Below, in pieces: positions 1 through 7,986 of a stretch of DNA of 37,913 bases. Source of the stretch: a virus. Taxonomy: Duplodnaviria; Heunggongvirae; Uroviricota; Caudoviricetes. The notes under the pieces are model-generated. The model was not told where the DNA came from, made no database searches, and saw only the letters and a program-made list of their open reading frames with translations. Both the position numbers and the translations under genes were made by a program. Numbering within the stretch: position 1 is the first letter of the stretch; each line of letters opens with the position of its first letter. Location: the IMG/VR virus record IMGVR_UViG_3300009093_000042, positions 64,001 to 101,913 of that record. The stretch is one strand, 5' to 3'.

Positions 1-1
1 G

Positions 2-316
2 TTGAGACGTAACGATGGCGTTCAGGATGCGCGCTTCAAAGCCAGCCGGGATGCGGTAGTTGAGCACCACTTCTTCAGAGTTCGGCGGCAGGGTTGTGCG
101 CAGCGGGAGCAGCGGGACAAATTGTTCCTTGTTGTTTACGACCGCGATGGTCTCGTTCAGCTTCTTCGCGAGGGCGGCGTCGCGGGCGGCGAGATTGCGC
201 GTGGGCCGGGAAAGCCCCGGCACGTCCATGGCGTCGCCTTCCGAAAAGTGGCGAACGTCAAGCTCGCCATAATTCAGTCCTGCTGCATCGGGTAAACTGA
301 TCGGGTCAATCGGCAT
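2..316 (-). CDS. Partial gene running off the left edge, probable tail fibre/baseplate structural protein
   Basis: Not in the ORF track. My translation from ATG 316 is MPIDPISLPDAAGLNYGELDVRHFSEGDAMDVPGLSRPTRNLAARDAALAKKLNE..., open to the edge. The RPTRNLAARD segment resembles the N-terminal anchor motif of myophage tail fibres. Confidence 0.65.
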   Translation of the reverse strand, partial: MPIDPISLPDAAGLNYGELDVRHFSEGDAMDVPGLSRPTRNLAARDAALAKKLNETIAVVNNKEQFVPLLPLRTTLPPNSEEVVLNYRIPAGFEARILNAIVTSQ

Positions 317-325
317 ACGCTTTAA

Positions 326-673
326 TTACTTGTACCAGTTCAAGTGACTCCGGTTTATCCACTTTTTGTAAATCTTGAACTTATAGCGGATTCTCGGGTC
401 CAGGATGTATTCCTGCTTTTGTTTAACTACTCCACCCGGTATGCGACGGAATCCCATTACCGCCGTGCGGCTTTCCTGCCAGTGCGGCACCAGGGCACCG
501 AGTTCCCCGATGGTGACCTTTTGGCCGTTGGCGACACCGTCCTCGAACGTGGACACCATGGTCCGGTAAATCTGGCAGGCGGCATCGTAAGTGACACCGC
601 ATTCCTGCATCCACTTGCGGATGAACTCTTTTCTGCCGATTGTCTGCGACTCGCTTGGCTCAGAGTTGATCAT
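326..673 (-). CDS. HU/IHF-family DNA-binding protein
   Basis: RKEFIRKWMQECGVTYDAACQIY..F..GVANGQKVTIGELGAL..ESRT..RIRYKFK matches the HU helix-helix-strand pattern; ATGA-coupled to the gp25 gene. Confidence 0.8.
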   Translation of the reverse strand: MINSEPSESQTIGRKEFIRKWMQECGVTYDAACQIYRTMVSTFEDGVANGQKVTIGELGALVPHWQESRTAVMGFRRIPGGVVKQKQEYILDPRIRYKFKIYKKWINRSHLNWYK

Positions 674-1377
674 TGAGTGAACGGAAGGGACAGCGAGAAC
701 GTGGACTGGCTGATCTTCGACAGAAACGTGGCGTTGACGGTCACCGACCGGTTGGCCTGCTTCTGGATTTCAAAGGTCTGGAGGCTGACACGCGGCTCGA
801 ACTGGTTCAGGGCGTCGGTGATCTCTTGACGAATGACGGTCGTGATTGAGTCCGTGCTCGGCTGGAAAACGGCGCGCCGCAGGAGCGTGCCGTAGGTTGG
901 CTGCATGATCCGCTCACCTTTAGTCGTGATCAGCAGCATTTTCACCGAGGACTTCAACACGTCCAGGTTGGTGCCGAGGTTGAAGTTCCACTGCTGAGCA
1001 TTCGGGAATCCGCTATCGAGCGGAAGAATCGGACCAAACAGATAATCCTGCGGCACCGGGATGCGCGTCTCCGGCTGAACCTCCACAGAAAAGTAAACAG
1101 ATTTTTGTTCGCGCTTGGGTTGAGCGTAATTGAAAGCCGTGAGCGTGATGTAGTAGGTGCCGTAGAAAAGGTTCCGCGTGGTGTCGATGTTGATCGGCTT
1201 CGCGGGAGTGAACACAACAGGCGGAGTGCCGTCGTTCCAGTCGAGCGTGGCTCCGACCACACTCAACGCGGGATTGGTTTCCGTGACGACGGCCTGGATT
1301 CGCACGGGAGAGTAATTCTTTCCCGGCAGCACCATGGCGCTGATCGTACGCTCCGTTTGTGTTGTGATAGTGACCAT
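670..1377 (-). CDS. Baseplate wedge gp25-like protein with N-terminal PKD/Ig-like domain
   Basis: C-terminal LKSSVKMLLITTKGERIMQPTYGT..EITDALNQFEPRV is the gp25/W signature; N-terminal LDWNDGT..GTYYITLTAFN is PKD-like. Confidence 0.85.
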   Translation of the reverse strand: MVTITTQTERTISAMVLPGKNYSPVRIQAVVTETNPALSVVGATLDWNDGTPPVVFTPAKPINIDTTRNLFYGTYYITLTAFNYAQPKREQKSVYFSVEVQPETRIPVPQDYLFGPILPLDSGFPNAQQWNFNLGTNLDVLKSSVKMLLITTKGERIMQPTYGTLLRRAVFQPSTDSITTVIRQEITDALNQFEPRVSLQTFEIQKQANRSVTVNATFLSKISQSTFSLSLPFTQ

Positions 1378-3329
1378 TAGCTCATCCTTTCAGGATAAAA
1401 CTGGCGATAGGGTCCTAGCGGTTCAGCGGGTTTTTCAGACTCATTGAGCGGTTGCGCGCCGTTCATCGAGACCGTGGTGCCGGTGGCCTGGTTGTTCTCA
1501 CCGGTGTCAGCGCGCTTCATGTGCAGCGGGTGCTGGCCGTAAGATGAAACGACGAGGTCAAAGTCTTTGAGCTGCCGTTTGATGTGCAGGCTTTCCTGCT
1601 TGAACATGTTTTCGTACATCCGGCGTTGAGCGCGGGTGTGCGCCACATCTCCAGCGCCTTTGATGGACGACTTCAATTCCTCGACGAGCTTCACCAGCGA
1701 ACCGTCCTGGCGCACTTTGTCTTCCAGCTCGCGCAGAATCTTGTAGGTGTACGGAGCGGGACGACGATTTTGTAAACTTTCTGTGGCTGGTTCCTGGATG
1801 TCGGTCGGGAGCGCGGTGATGAACATCGTCACCACGTCATCCGGCAAGTGCATGTAGCGTTTGAAGATGGTCTCGATCCAGGCTTCACGCGGCAGGTTGT
1901 ACTTCTGCATCACGTCGGCCAGGATGTCGAGGACTTCGGCGTGCTGGCGCAGCATCTCCAGTTTCATCTGGTCTTCCAGTGAGCCGATGGGTGCCATGCA
2001 GGCGCGGATGTCCATCTCGCGGATGTCTTTGCCTTTGAGCACGGCGTGGAAATATCCGAGCCACGTGTACGTGTTGATGATGGGAGCGCGAATGCTTTTG
2101 ATCTTTCGCAGGAACCGCATGTCCTGGGCGAGAAGGGCTTTGCCGCTCATGGCCTGTTCGCCGCCAGCGCTGCCCGTCTTGGCTCCGAACCACGATCTCG
2201 GCATACCGATGATCGAGTAAAAGAGGTCCGTCAATAGTTCGATGTCGTAAACATCAGGAACGTTTTGCGTGCCCTGCATCTTCTCGATGGCGTGCTCGAA
2301 ACCCGTGGGTTTGGCGACCCAGAGAATGGTGTCGAGCGACCACGCGTTGTAAAACGACTGGAATCCGGCTGGATCGGTCAGCTCGTTCGTGAGGCCGGTG
2401 CTGCCCTGGTTGGCGAGGCCGAAGGAAAGCTTGCTGCGCAGGGTCTGCTTCCAGCGCTGGACTGTTTTCATTTGGTCCATGGGCGTCTGGTCCTTCGTGT
2501 CGATGTTGATCACGTAGCGGTCCGGCTGCACCTGGGCGCGATGAACGACCATCTGGTCAATGGCCAGGCGCAGCTTTTTGTAGATGCCCTGCGCTTCGTC
2601 AAAGATCGGTTCGCCGTGTTCGCTGATGCGCAAGCGATACATGCGGCGGAAGTGGAGCATGTCCCAGGGATACCAAAGTTCTTCCACGTTCTGGCCGTCG
2701 CTGATGGCGACGCGTTCGATGGGAGTTTTGTTGTCCGGGTGGACGAAGGCGGCTTCCTTGCTTGGTTTGTGGCCGCTCCAGCGGTAGCCGACGCACTTGC
2801 GGTTGCGCTCCAGCCAGTAGCGGCGCACGTCCATGGGATGCACGAAGGACATGCCCATGACGCCTTCGCCGGGCGCGTACTCCAGCTTTTCGAAATGGTT
2901 GCCGAGCGCGGCCAGGTAATAGACCTGGGAATAAATCAGTTCCTCGCTGTTGAGTTCGAGGAGCATTCCGTTGAGATCATCTTCGAAGTCGCGGTCGTTG
3001 CACTGGAACCAGATTTTGGCCGGGCTGTTCTGGTCGGTCTGCGTAGCTTCGTCAACAATTTCTACTAGCGCCGCCGCCATCAGGTCCCATCCGGCCATTT
3101 CGTCCCAGAGCTGGAGCATGGCGTCGAAAGTGACCGGTCGCCGCATGTAGGCGTTGAACCTTGACCACACATCCGGGTTCGCAACACGGCCAGCGTCCTG
3201 GAAGTCCTTGAAAAGCTCTTGGTCCGCCGTAGGGGTTCCGGCACGCGGGACGAGACTTCCGGTCGGCTGGCCGGATGTGCCGATGAGGCCCATGTACTTT
3301 AGCAGGGACGTGGCTGTAGTGTTTGCCAT
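1377..3329 (-). CDS. Portal protein (T4 gp20-like)
   Basis: 650 aa. LEIVDEAT, YGEP-like HGEPIFDEA, KKLRLAIDQMVVHRAQVQPDRYVINID and PDVYDIELL..LFYSIIGMP segments are typical of T4-type portals. Confidence 0.9.
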   Translation of the reverse strand: MANTTATSLLKYMGLIGTSGQPTGSLVPRAGTPTADQELFKDFQDAGRVANPDVWSRFNAYMRRPVTFDAMLQLWDEMAGWDLMAAALVEIVDEATQTDQNSPAKIWFQCNDRDFEDDLNGMLLELNSEELIYSQVYYLAALGNHFEKLEYAPGEGVMGMSFVHPMDVRRYWLERNRKCVGYRWSGHKPSKEAAFVHPDNKTPIERVAISDGQNVEELWYPWDMLHFRRMYRLRISEHGEPIFDEAQGIYKKLRLAIDQMVVHRAQVQPDRYVINIDTKDQTPMDQMKTVQRWKQTLRSKLSFGLANQGSTGLTNELTDPAGFQSFYNAWSLDTILWVAKPTGFEHAIEKMQGTQNVPDVYDIELLTDLFYSIIGMPRSWFGAKTGSAGGEQAMSGKALLAQDMRFLRKIKSIRAPIINTYTWLGYFHAVLKGKDIREMDIRACMAPIGSLEDQMKLEMLRQHAEVLDILADVMQKYNLPREAWIETIFKRYMHLPDDVVTMFITALPTDIQEPATESLQNRRPAPYTYKILRELEDKVRQDGSLVKLVEELKSSIKGAGDVAHTRAQRRMYENMFKQESLHIKRQLKDFDLVVSSYGQHPLHMKRADTGENNQATGTTVSMNGAQPLNESEKPAEPLGPYRQFYPERMS

Positions 3330-3389
3330 ATTCGTTTTTAACTACCAAAAAGAACTGAAAGCTTCGTGGACAAATCCGTTCTATCTTCC

Positions 3390-3602
3390 ATGGCTGACAA
3401 GACGCTTAAAGAACATATCGTTTCCTTCCGAATCCCGAAGGACCAGGCCGCCGTGGTCGTGAAGATGCTGAAGGAGCAACCGATCATCGGCGTAAAATCT
3501 GTGAACCAGTTTTTCCGCAAGCTCGGAAGGGACTACCTCGCGGGCCGCATGTCCTATAAAAATCCCCAGGACATGCTCGTCGATACCGACATCAGTGGGT
3601 GA
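3390..3602 (+). CDS. Small ribbon-helix-helix-like DNA-binding protein
   Basis: HIVSFRIPKDQAAVVVKML..SVNQFFRKLGRDYL fits strand-helix-helix. Start moved to ATG 3390, preceded by GTTCT-N7. Confidence 0.55.
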   Translation: MADKTLKEHIVSFRIPKDQAAVVVKMLKEQPIIGVKSVNQFFRKLGRDYLAGRMSYKNPQDMLVDTDISG

Positions 3603-3921
3603 TGGGTTCGACCCGTTTGATGCAATGCGTCACCGGGTTTAGGTGGAATTCCACCATCATCGCGAAAGTGGACGGGCTTTCGTGATCAGCCACACGACAG
3701 GGGATTTTCAGTTTAATCGTTTCGGGATCGGCACTCTCAACAAGCACCAGGTCAGGACGTAATGGTTCTGGATGGTGCTTGACTGCTTCCTCCACGGTGC
3801 GCCGAAAGCAACCATGACGGCATTCCGATTGAATCCAGTCCAGCAGAGGAGGTTTGGGCACCTTTTCGTCTTCAATGAAGGTCCCGGCTATTTTCCGCAC
3901 GGTATCAGAAGGAGTACTCAT
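3592..3921 (-). CDS. Hypothetical protein, possible internal head protein
   Basis: ORF track, start moved to ATG 3921; DTVRKIAGTFIEDE resembles the motif shared by other small acidic proteins in the window. Confidence 0.6.
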   Translation of the reverse strand: MSTPSDTVRKIAGTFIEDEKVPKPPLLDWIQSECRHGCFRRTVEEAVKHHPEPLRPDLVLVESADPETIKLKIPCRVADHESPSTFAMMVEFHLNPVTHCIKRVEPITH

Positions 3922-4357
3922 ACTCGTCGCCGGGGAAGTCACTCGGCTTCAGCACGACCTCGACACCCAGGCGGGCCGAGCCATCTTTGGTGTAACGGGT
4001 CAGTTTTGGTTCCCGAGGAGCTGCAATCAGACGAATCAAAGGAGAAATCACTTCTTGGGGCAGACGCCGGAAGCAGAGCTGGAGATGGACCACGGAGTCG
4101 GGGTCTTGCTCGACCTCAACGTCAGGACGGTTTTCCTTTTCCTCCGGTTCCTCGTGGAATTCGCCGTCTTCGACCTGGTCGGTCGTCTCCGTGTCGATGC
4201 CAGGCTTGAACAGGCTTACGTCTTCGAGATTCGCCATCAACGCGGGCTGTGAATGAAGGCGCAGCATCAGCCGGTTGGCGTAAACGGCTATCTTCTTGTC
4301 GATGTTTGCGTCAGACACCTTTTCGATCAGGAGCCTGGCGAATTCTCGGTTAGTCAC
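3905..4357 (-). CDS. Hypothetical acidic protein
   Basis: 150 aa; GTG start preceded by TAGTTA-N4 and overlapping the upstream stop. Confidence 0.65.
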   Translation of the reverse strand: MTNREFARLLIEKVSDANIDKKIAVYANRLMLRLHSQPALMANLEDVSLFKPGIDTETTDQVEDGEFHEEPEEKENRPDVEVEQDPDSVVHLQLCFRRLPQEVISPLIRLIAAPREPKLTRYTKDGSARLGVEVVLKPSDFPGDEYEYSF

Positions 4358-4593
4358 GCTCTAACTACTTCACGCTTTTCAGCGTTTCGCTTGCGCAGAA
4401 AATAGCTGTTGAGCGCCGTCGCGAGGACACCCCTAAGCCAACTGTTGTTGATCTTGGGAGGGATACCGAAAAGCAACGGGTAATCGGCTGTGACTTCACA
4501 GACGACTTCGTTTCCCATTTGGATACTGCACAGCTTCACGTTATTAACTCTGCGTGTCTCACAGAACGAATTTGATCTGCCGTCTTTTCGCAT
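4354..4593 (-). CDS. Hypothetical protein
   Basis: 79 aa; fills the gap and is GTGA-coupled to the next gene; start uncertain. Confidence 0.45.
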   Translation of the reverse strand: MRKDGRSNSFCETRRVNNVKLCSIQMGNEVVCEVTADYPLLFGIPPKINNSWLRGVLATALNSYFLRKRNAEKREVVRA

Positions 4594-4645
4594 CCAAGGA
4601 TATTGAATCTTAATTCGCCACTACCGAAAATCGGTTCTACACCCT

Positions 4646-5692
4646 ATGCGTGTTTTGATTTATTCCGATGGTCAGGCCACAGACGGGCACGAGCGTTGCT
4701 TCACGCAGCCCGATAAGCCGCTCCAGTTGTGGAGGATCGAGCACCTTTACGCGGAGATTCAGCGCATCTATAACGAGCAGAAATGCGACGCTCTCTGGGA
4801 TTTGGGGGACACGACCGACGATCGTACGTCCATTCCTGTCTCCGTGATCGACCTGATGTGCGACGCCCTGGAGGCTTTTGACGGCAAATGGAACCTGAAG
4901 CTGGTCGGTAATCACGAACAATTTTTGCGGGACACCCGCATTCACGCAGGCAAGATGTTCCGTCATTTTTTCCATGTCGTGGATTCCTGCGAGACGATCA
5001 AGTGTGGAAAAGTAAACATTTTGTGCATCAGTTACCACGATGACGTGAACACGATCATCGACTTTCTGCGGCGCGCACCCAAGACCAAGCCGTGCGTGAT
5101 TATCGGCCATTTCCAGGTGGCAGGCTGCCAGATGAATTCCGGCGTGGCCGCTACCGGCGTCCCTCGCGAAATGCTGGAATTTGCCAACGTCGTTCTCCTC
5201 GGTCATATCCATAAACCGCAGTCGTTGGGGACCGGCTTCATCCATTACGTGGGATCACCGTTTCAGCAGAACTGGGGAGAATCTGGTGAGAATAAGCGCG
5301 TGGGAATCCTGGACATCACCGACGAGGCGATCCGGCTGGAGTGGGTGCCGCTGGAGGGTTTCCCGCGCTATCGCCAGGTCGGCTTTCAGGAGTTTTGCCA
5401 GCTCGTGAATGAGAAGTCGGAAGATCGCTATAAGGTCGTGCTGAACAGCCTGGATGAGACGGAGCAGTTCTACGCTCACCCGTTGTTTAACCGCGCTGAT
5501 GAGGCGATCTACGCTTACGACATTCCACCAGCAGACGCGCCCAAGGCGGATGAGCCGGTGACCACCATTCCGCGCAGCAAGCGGGACGTGCTCGTTAAGT
5601 ACATGGAAAAGTTTCCACCGGCTGTTTCAGGCATCCAGTTGGATAATGACGCCATGCTGGAGTTTGGAGAGTCGATCACAAATCATTTATGA
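4646..5692 (+). CDS. Recombination nuclease, T4 gp47/Mre11/SbcD-like metallophosphoesterase
   Basis: Motifs SDGQ (variant of DxH), LGDTTDD, GNHE, GHF, GHIH and YVGSPFQQNWGE. Confidence 0.9.
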   Translation: MRVLIYSDGQATDGHERCFTQPDKPLQLWRIEHLYAEIQRIYNEQKCDALWDLGDTTDDRTSIPVSVIDLMCDALEAFDGKWNLKLVGNHEQFLRDTRIHAGKMFRHFFHVVDSCETIKCGKVNILCISYHDDVNTIIDFLRRAPKTKPCVIIGHFQVAGCQMNSGVAATGVPREMLEFANVVLLGHIHKPQSLGTGFIHYVGSPFQQNWGESGENKRVGILDITDEAIRLEWVPLEGFPRYRQVGFQEFCQLVNEKSEDRYKVVLNSLDETEQFYAHPLFNRADEAIYAYDIPPADAPKADEPVTTIPRSKRDVLVKYMEKFPPAVSGIQLDNDAMLEFGESITNHL

Positions 5693-5940
5693 AACCGTGG
5701 TTATTAGCGTTGCCGTTGCTGCTCGCAGGCTGTGTGCCGTTCCAGTATCACGGCCAGAGCTATCATCTGATTCTTGGGGCGGGTCTCGTTCGAGTCACTG
5801 AGACCAACCAGGTGACAGTAGTGAAATCTCAGTCGCTCGGTCTGTACGTCGGGGACGGGCGCGCCAACCTGGGCCTGTCTCAGGTGTACGAGGCGAAAGT
5901 GCCGACCAACGCAAATGTCGTTCTTGAAGTTACGAAGTAG
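5689..5940 (+). CDS. Lipoprotein, beta-rich
   Basis: MKPWLLALPLLLAGC signal peptide with LAGC lipobox; ATGA-coupled to the gp47-like gene. Confidence 0.75.
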   Translation: MKPWLLALPLLLAGCVPFQYHGQSYHLILGAGLVRVTETNQVTVVKSQSLGLYVGDGRANLGLSQVYEAKVPTNANVVLEVTK

Positions 5941-5947
5941 CTAATTT

Positions 5948-6352
5948 ATGAAATCGCGCCATATTCTTCTCCTTTCAATCGTCGCCCTGCTCACGGGCTG
6001 CAAGGTACCGACCGCCGTGATCAGCAGCACTCAAACTTGTCTCGGGGTCAGCGTTCAGGAAAATCCAGCGACTCAGCTTTACGAAGCTCGCCTCGGGTAC
6101 GCTCGAAATGAGTTCGCTTACGTGCCAGGCAACACGAACTGTCCAACGTCTGTCCCCGACGTGATTCTGGAGCTGAAGGTGAATAACATTTTTGGCGGCG
6201 GCATGATCTATCAGCGCTTGGCCGTTGGCGCGGTCGCCTGTGCGCAACCGGGAGCGTCGCTGATGTTTTCCAAGGATTCCACCGGCAGTTTTGGAACCAA
6301 TTTGGTTCAGCAGCTCCCGCTTTTGTTTCCGAAAGCTCCGACCACGAAATAG
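5948..6352 (+). CDS. Lipoprotein, paralog of the upstream lipoprotein
   Basis: MKSRHILLLSIVALLTGC with LTGC lipobox; shares LG.SV..LG..VP.N.N..V.LE pattern with 5689..5940. Confidence 0.75.
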   Translation: MKSRHILLLSIVALLTGCKVPTAVISSTQTCLGVSVQENPATQLYEARLGYARNEFAYVPGNTNCPTSVPDVILELKVNNIFGGGMIYQRLAVGAVACAQPGASLMFSKDSTGSFGTNLVQQLPLLFPKAPTTK

Positions 6353-6492
6353 TAAACAATTTATTTCGCGGCCAATACGATTAAGTCTTAATTGTATTGG
6401 AAAACGAAGTGGAAATAAAAGTGCTTACGTGTGAATAAACACGCGCCCCAGGTCAGACCGAAGGGTGCTGAAAACAAAAACACAAGCACACT

Positions 6493-7110
6493 ATGAGCAA
6501 TCAAGCATCCGCAGTTCCGTTTGGAACAGACGCGACACGATTGGCCGGTTATGCAATGACCGCGAATGAGCGGTTGGGCGCAATCGACTTTTCGTTCTCG
6601 AATGAAGGTTCCATTCCGGCCTACATCAAGGTCATGGCCTACATCGGGCCGACGACGACTCCGTCCGGTTACGCCGACGTTCTCCCGCTCGACAGCGAAG
6701 CGATGAACAACGTCACGGCTAACCCGCCGTCGAGCGCGATCACCGGCTTTACCACGGTTGGACCGCCCTTCGTGGTTCAACCCAGGGGCACGATCACGCG
6801 CAGCTACAACCTGTTGACCAGCCGCATCGGCTTCTTCGGTTCGGGCATCGCGGGCAACGTGGTTCAGCAGCAGGCTCCGTACAACACGGTGCGTGTCAGC
6901 TCGACCATCGTCAACATCACCGCGATTCTCCGCAATCCTGGCAATTTGCGCGGCGCGCAGATCGACATCTCCCAGGTGGGTCGTCAGGGTTGGGGCTTCG
7001 ATCAGGCGTTCAATACGCCGAACCTCACGAAGAAATGGGGTTCCGTCAACACCACGACCGGTATCATCAATCCGGCAGGCAACAACTACAACGAGCCTGC
7101 GGCGTCTTAA
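6493..7110 (+). CDS. Probable virion structural protein (beta-sandwich, possible decoration protein)
   Basis: 205 aa rich in T/G/N/P; own A/C-rich leader and own terminator; aligns by eye with 13584..13937 and 22234..22755. Confidence 0.55.
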   Translation: MSNQASAVPFGTDATRLAGYAMTANERLGAIDFSFSNEGSIPAYIKVMAYIGPTTTPSGYADVLPLDSEAMNNVTANPPSSAITGFTTVGPPFVVQPRGTITRSYNLLTSRIGFFGSGIAGNVVQQQAPYNTVRVSSTIVNITAILRNPGNLRGAQIDISQVGRQGWGFDQAFNTPNLTKKWGSVNTTTGIINPAGNNYNEPAAS

Positions 7111-7131
7111 GTTTAGTCGCGGTATTCATCG

Positions 7132-7158
7132 AAGGCCGGGCGAGTGCCCGGCCTTTTT
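7132..7158 (+). terminator. Intrinsic terminator
   Basis: AAGGCCGGGC-GAGT-GCCCGGCCTT stem-loop followed by T tract, 21 nt after the stop at 7110. Confidence 0.85.
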
Positions 7159-7193
7159 CATTGCAATCTGGTCGTTTTACCGTTCTTTATGTC

Positions 7194-7811
7194 ATGCGCC
7201 AGATCGGTTTTATTGCCGCACAGGACGGCCAGGTCGTTAAGTACGATGCCAGCCTTCATTCACCCAAGCCGCGCCAGCCGTTGACGCGGCATCAGCGGGC
7301 CACTCTTTACTTCAAGGCGGTCCGGTTTATTCACAGGTTATTCCAGGAGGTTGGGTTCAGGGACATCACATTGGAAAATCACAGCTCATTCACCGCTGAG
7401 CTTGGCCGTTTTATTTTGGACATCACGGTGAAGGAGTCCAACTCGATGCCCATCGCGCACGTAACCAGCTATCCAGGTTACACCTATGACCCGGAGACTA
7501 TTCGCGCAAAGGTCACGGGATATTCTCTTGGTGAGCACGGCGAATACGTCATCCAGGTGGGAGCGGTGCTTCCGAACATGCGCAGCAGCCTGCCGACCTT
7601 CGTGGTTATTGACAAGGATTCGCCGAATCCGCTGAAGGACGCTTTCATGAACACGCTCGCGGCGGCAAAACAACTCATTCAGCAGGACCCAGAGACGCTG
7701 CGAAAAATTCAGGCAGCACTGGCGTCGCGCAACCTGGAAAAGGATTTCGAGAAGTTTAGCTCAGAGGACGATACTAGGCAGCTTCCCCGGACTTCTCAGG
7801 GAGCGGCGTGA
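7194..7811 (+). CDS. Hypothetical protein (205 aa)
   Basis: Track ORF 6990..7811 trimmed to ATG 7194, downstream of the terminator and preceded by GTTCT-N7. Confidence 0.7.
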   Translation: MRQIGFIAAQDGQVVKYDASLHSPKPRQPLTRHQRATLYFKAVRFIHRLFQEVGFRDITLENHSSFTAELGRFILDITVKESNSMPIAHVTSYPGYTYDPETIRAKVTGYSLGEHGEYVIQVGAVLPNMRSSLPTFVVIDKDSPNPLKDAFMNTLAAAKQLIQQDPETLRKIQAALASRNLEKDFEKFSSEDDTRQLPRTSQGAA

Positions 7812-7986
7812 AGACGGCGTCGAGGACTTTGCGCTGCCATTCCAGACAGCGCGGACAAGTGACGTGGGCGCAGATGGAGGAACTTTTCACGAAATTGATG
7901 TCCTCACCACAGGCAATTTTATGCCCTGGGCCGTCAGCATCTGCGCCCCGGTCGCGAACTTTTTGATGGATGATCTCGGTGCTCAC
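7774..7986 (-). CDS. Small His/Cys (possible zinc-binding) protein
   Basis: HKIACG..VTCPRC; GTGA-coupled to the co-chaperonin gene. Confidence 0.55.
   Translation of the reverse strand: MSTEIIHQKVRDRGADADGPGHKIACGEDINFVKSSSICAHVTCPRCLEWQRKVLDAVFTPLPEKSGEAA

Noticed and set aside
3351-3382. GAAC/GTTC pairs as LexA boxes
   Set aside because: No consistent GAAC-N4-GTTC or GTTC-N7-GTTC spacing; GTTCT is fixed relative to ATG instead.
6990-7193. Upstream extensions of track ORFs (6990, 12704, 13941..14858, 24631, 31869, 37595)
   Set aside because: They cross terminators or neighbouring genes, and the downstream ATGs have coupling or promoter-motif support.
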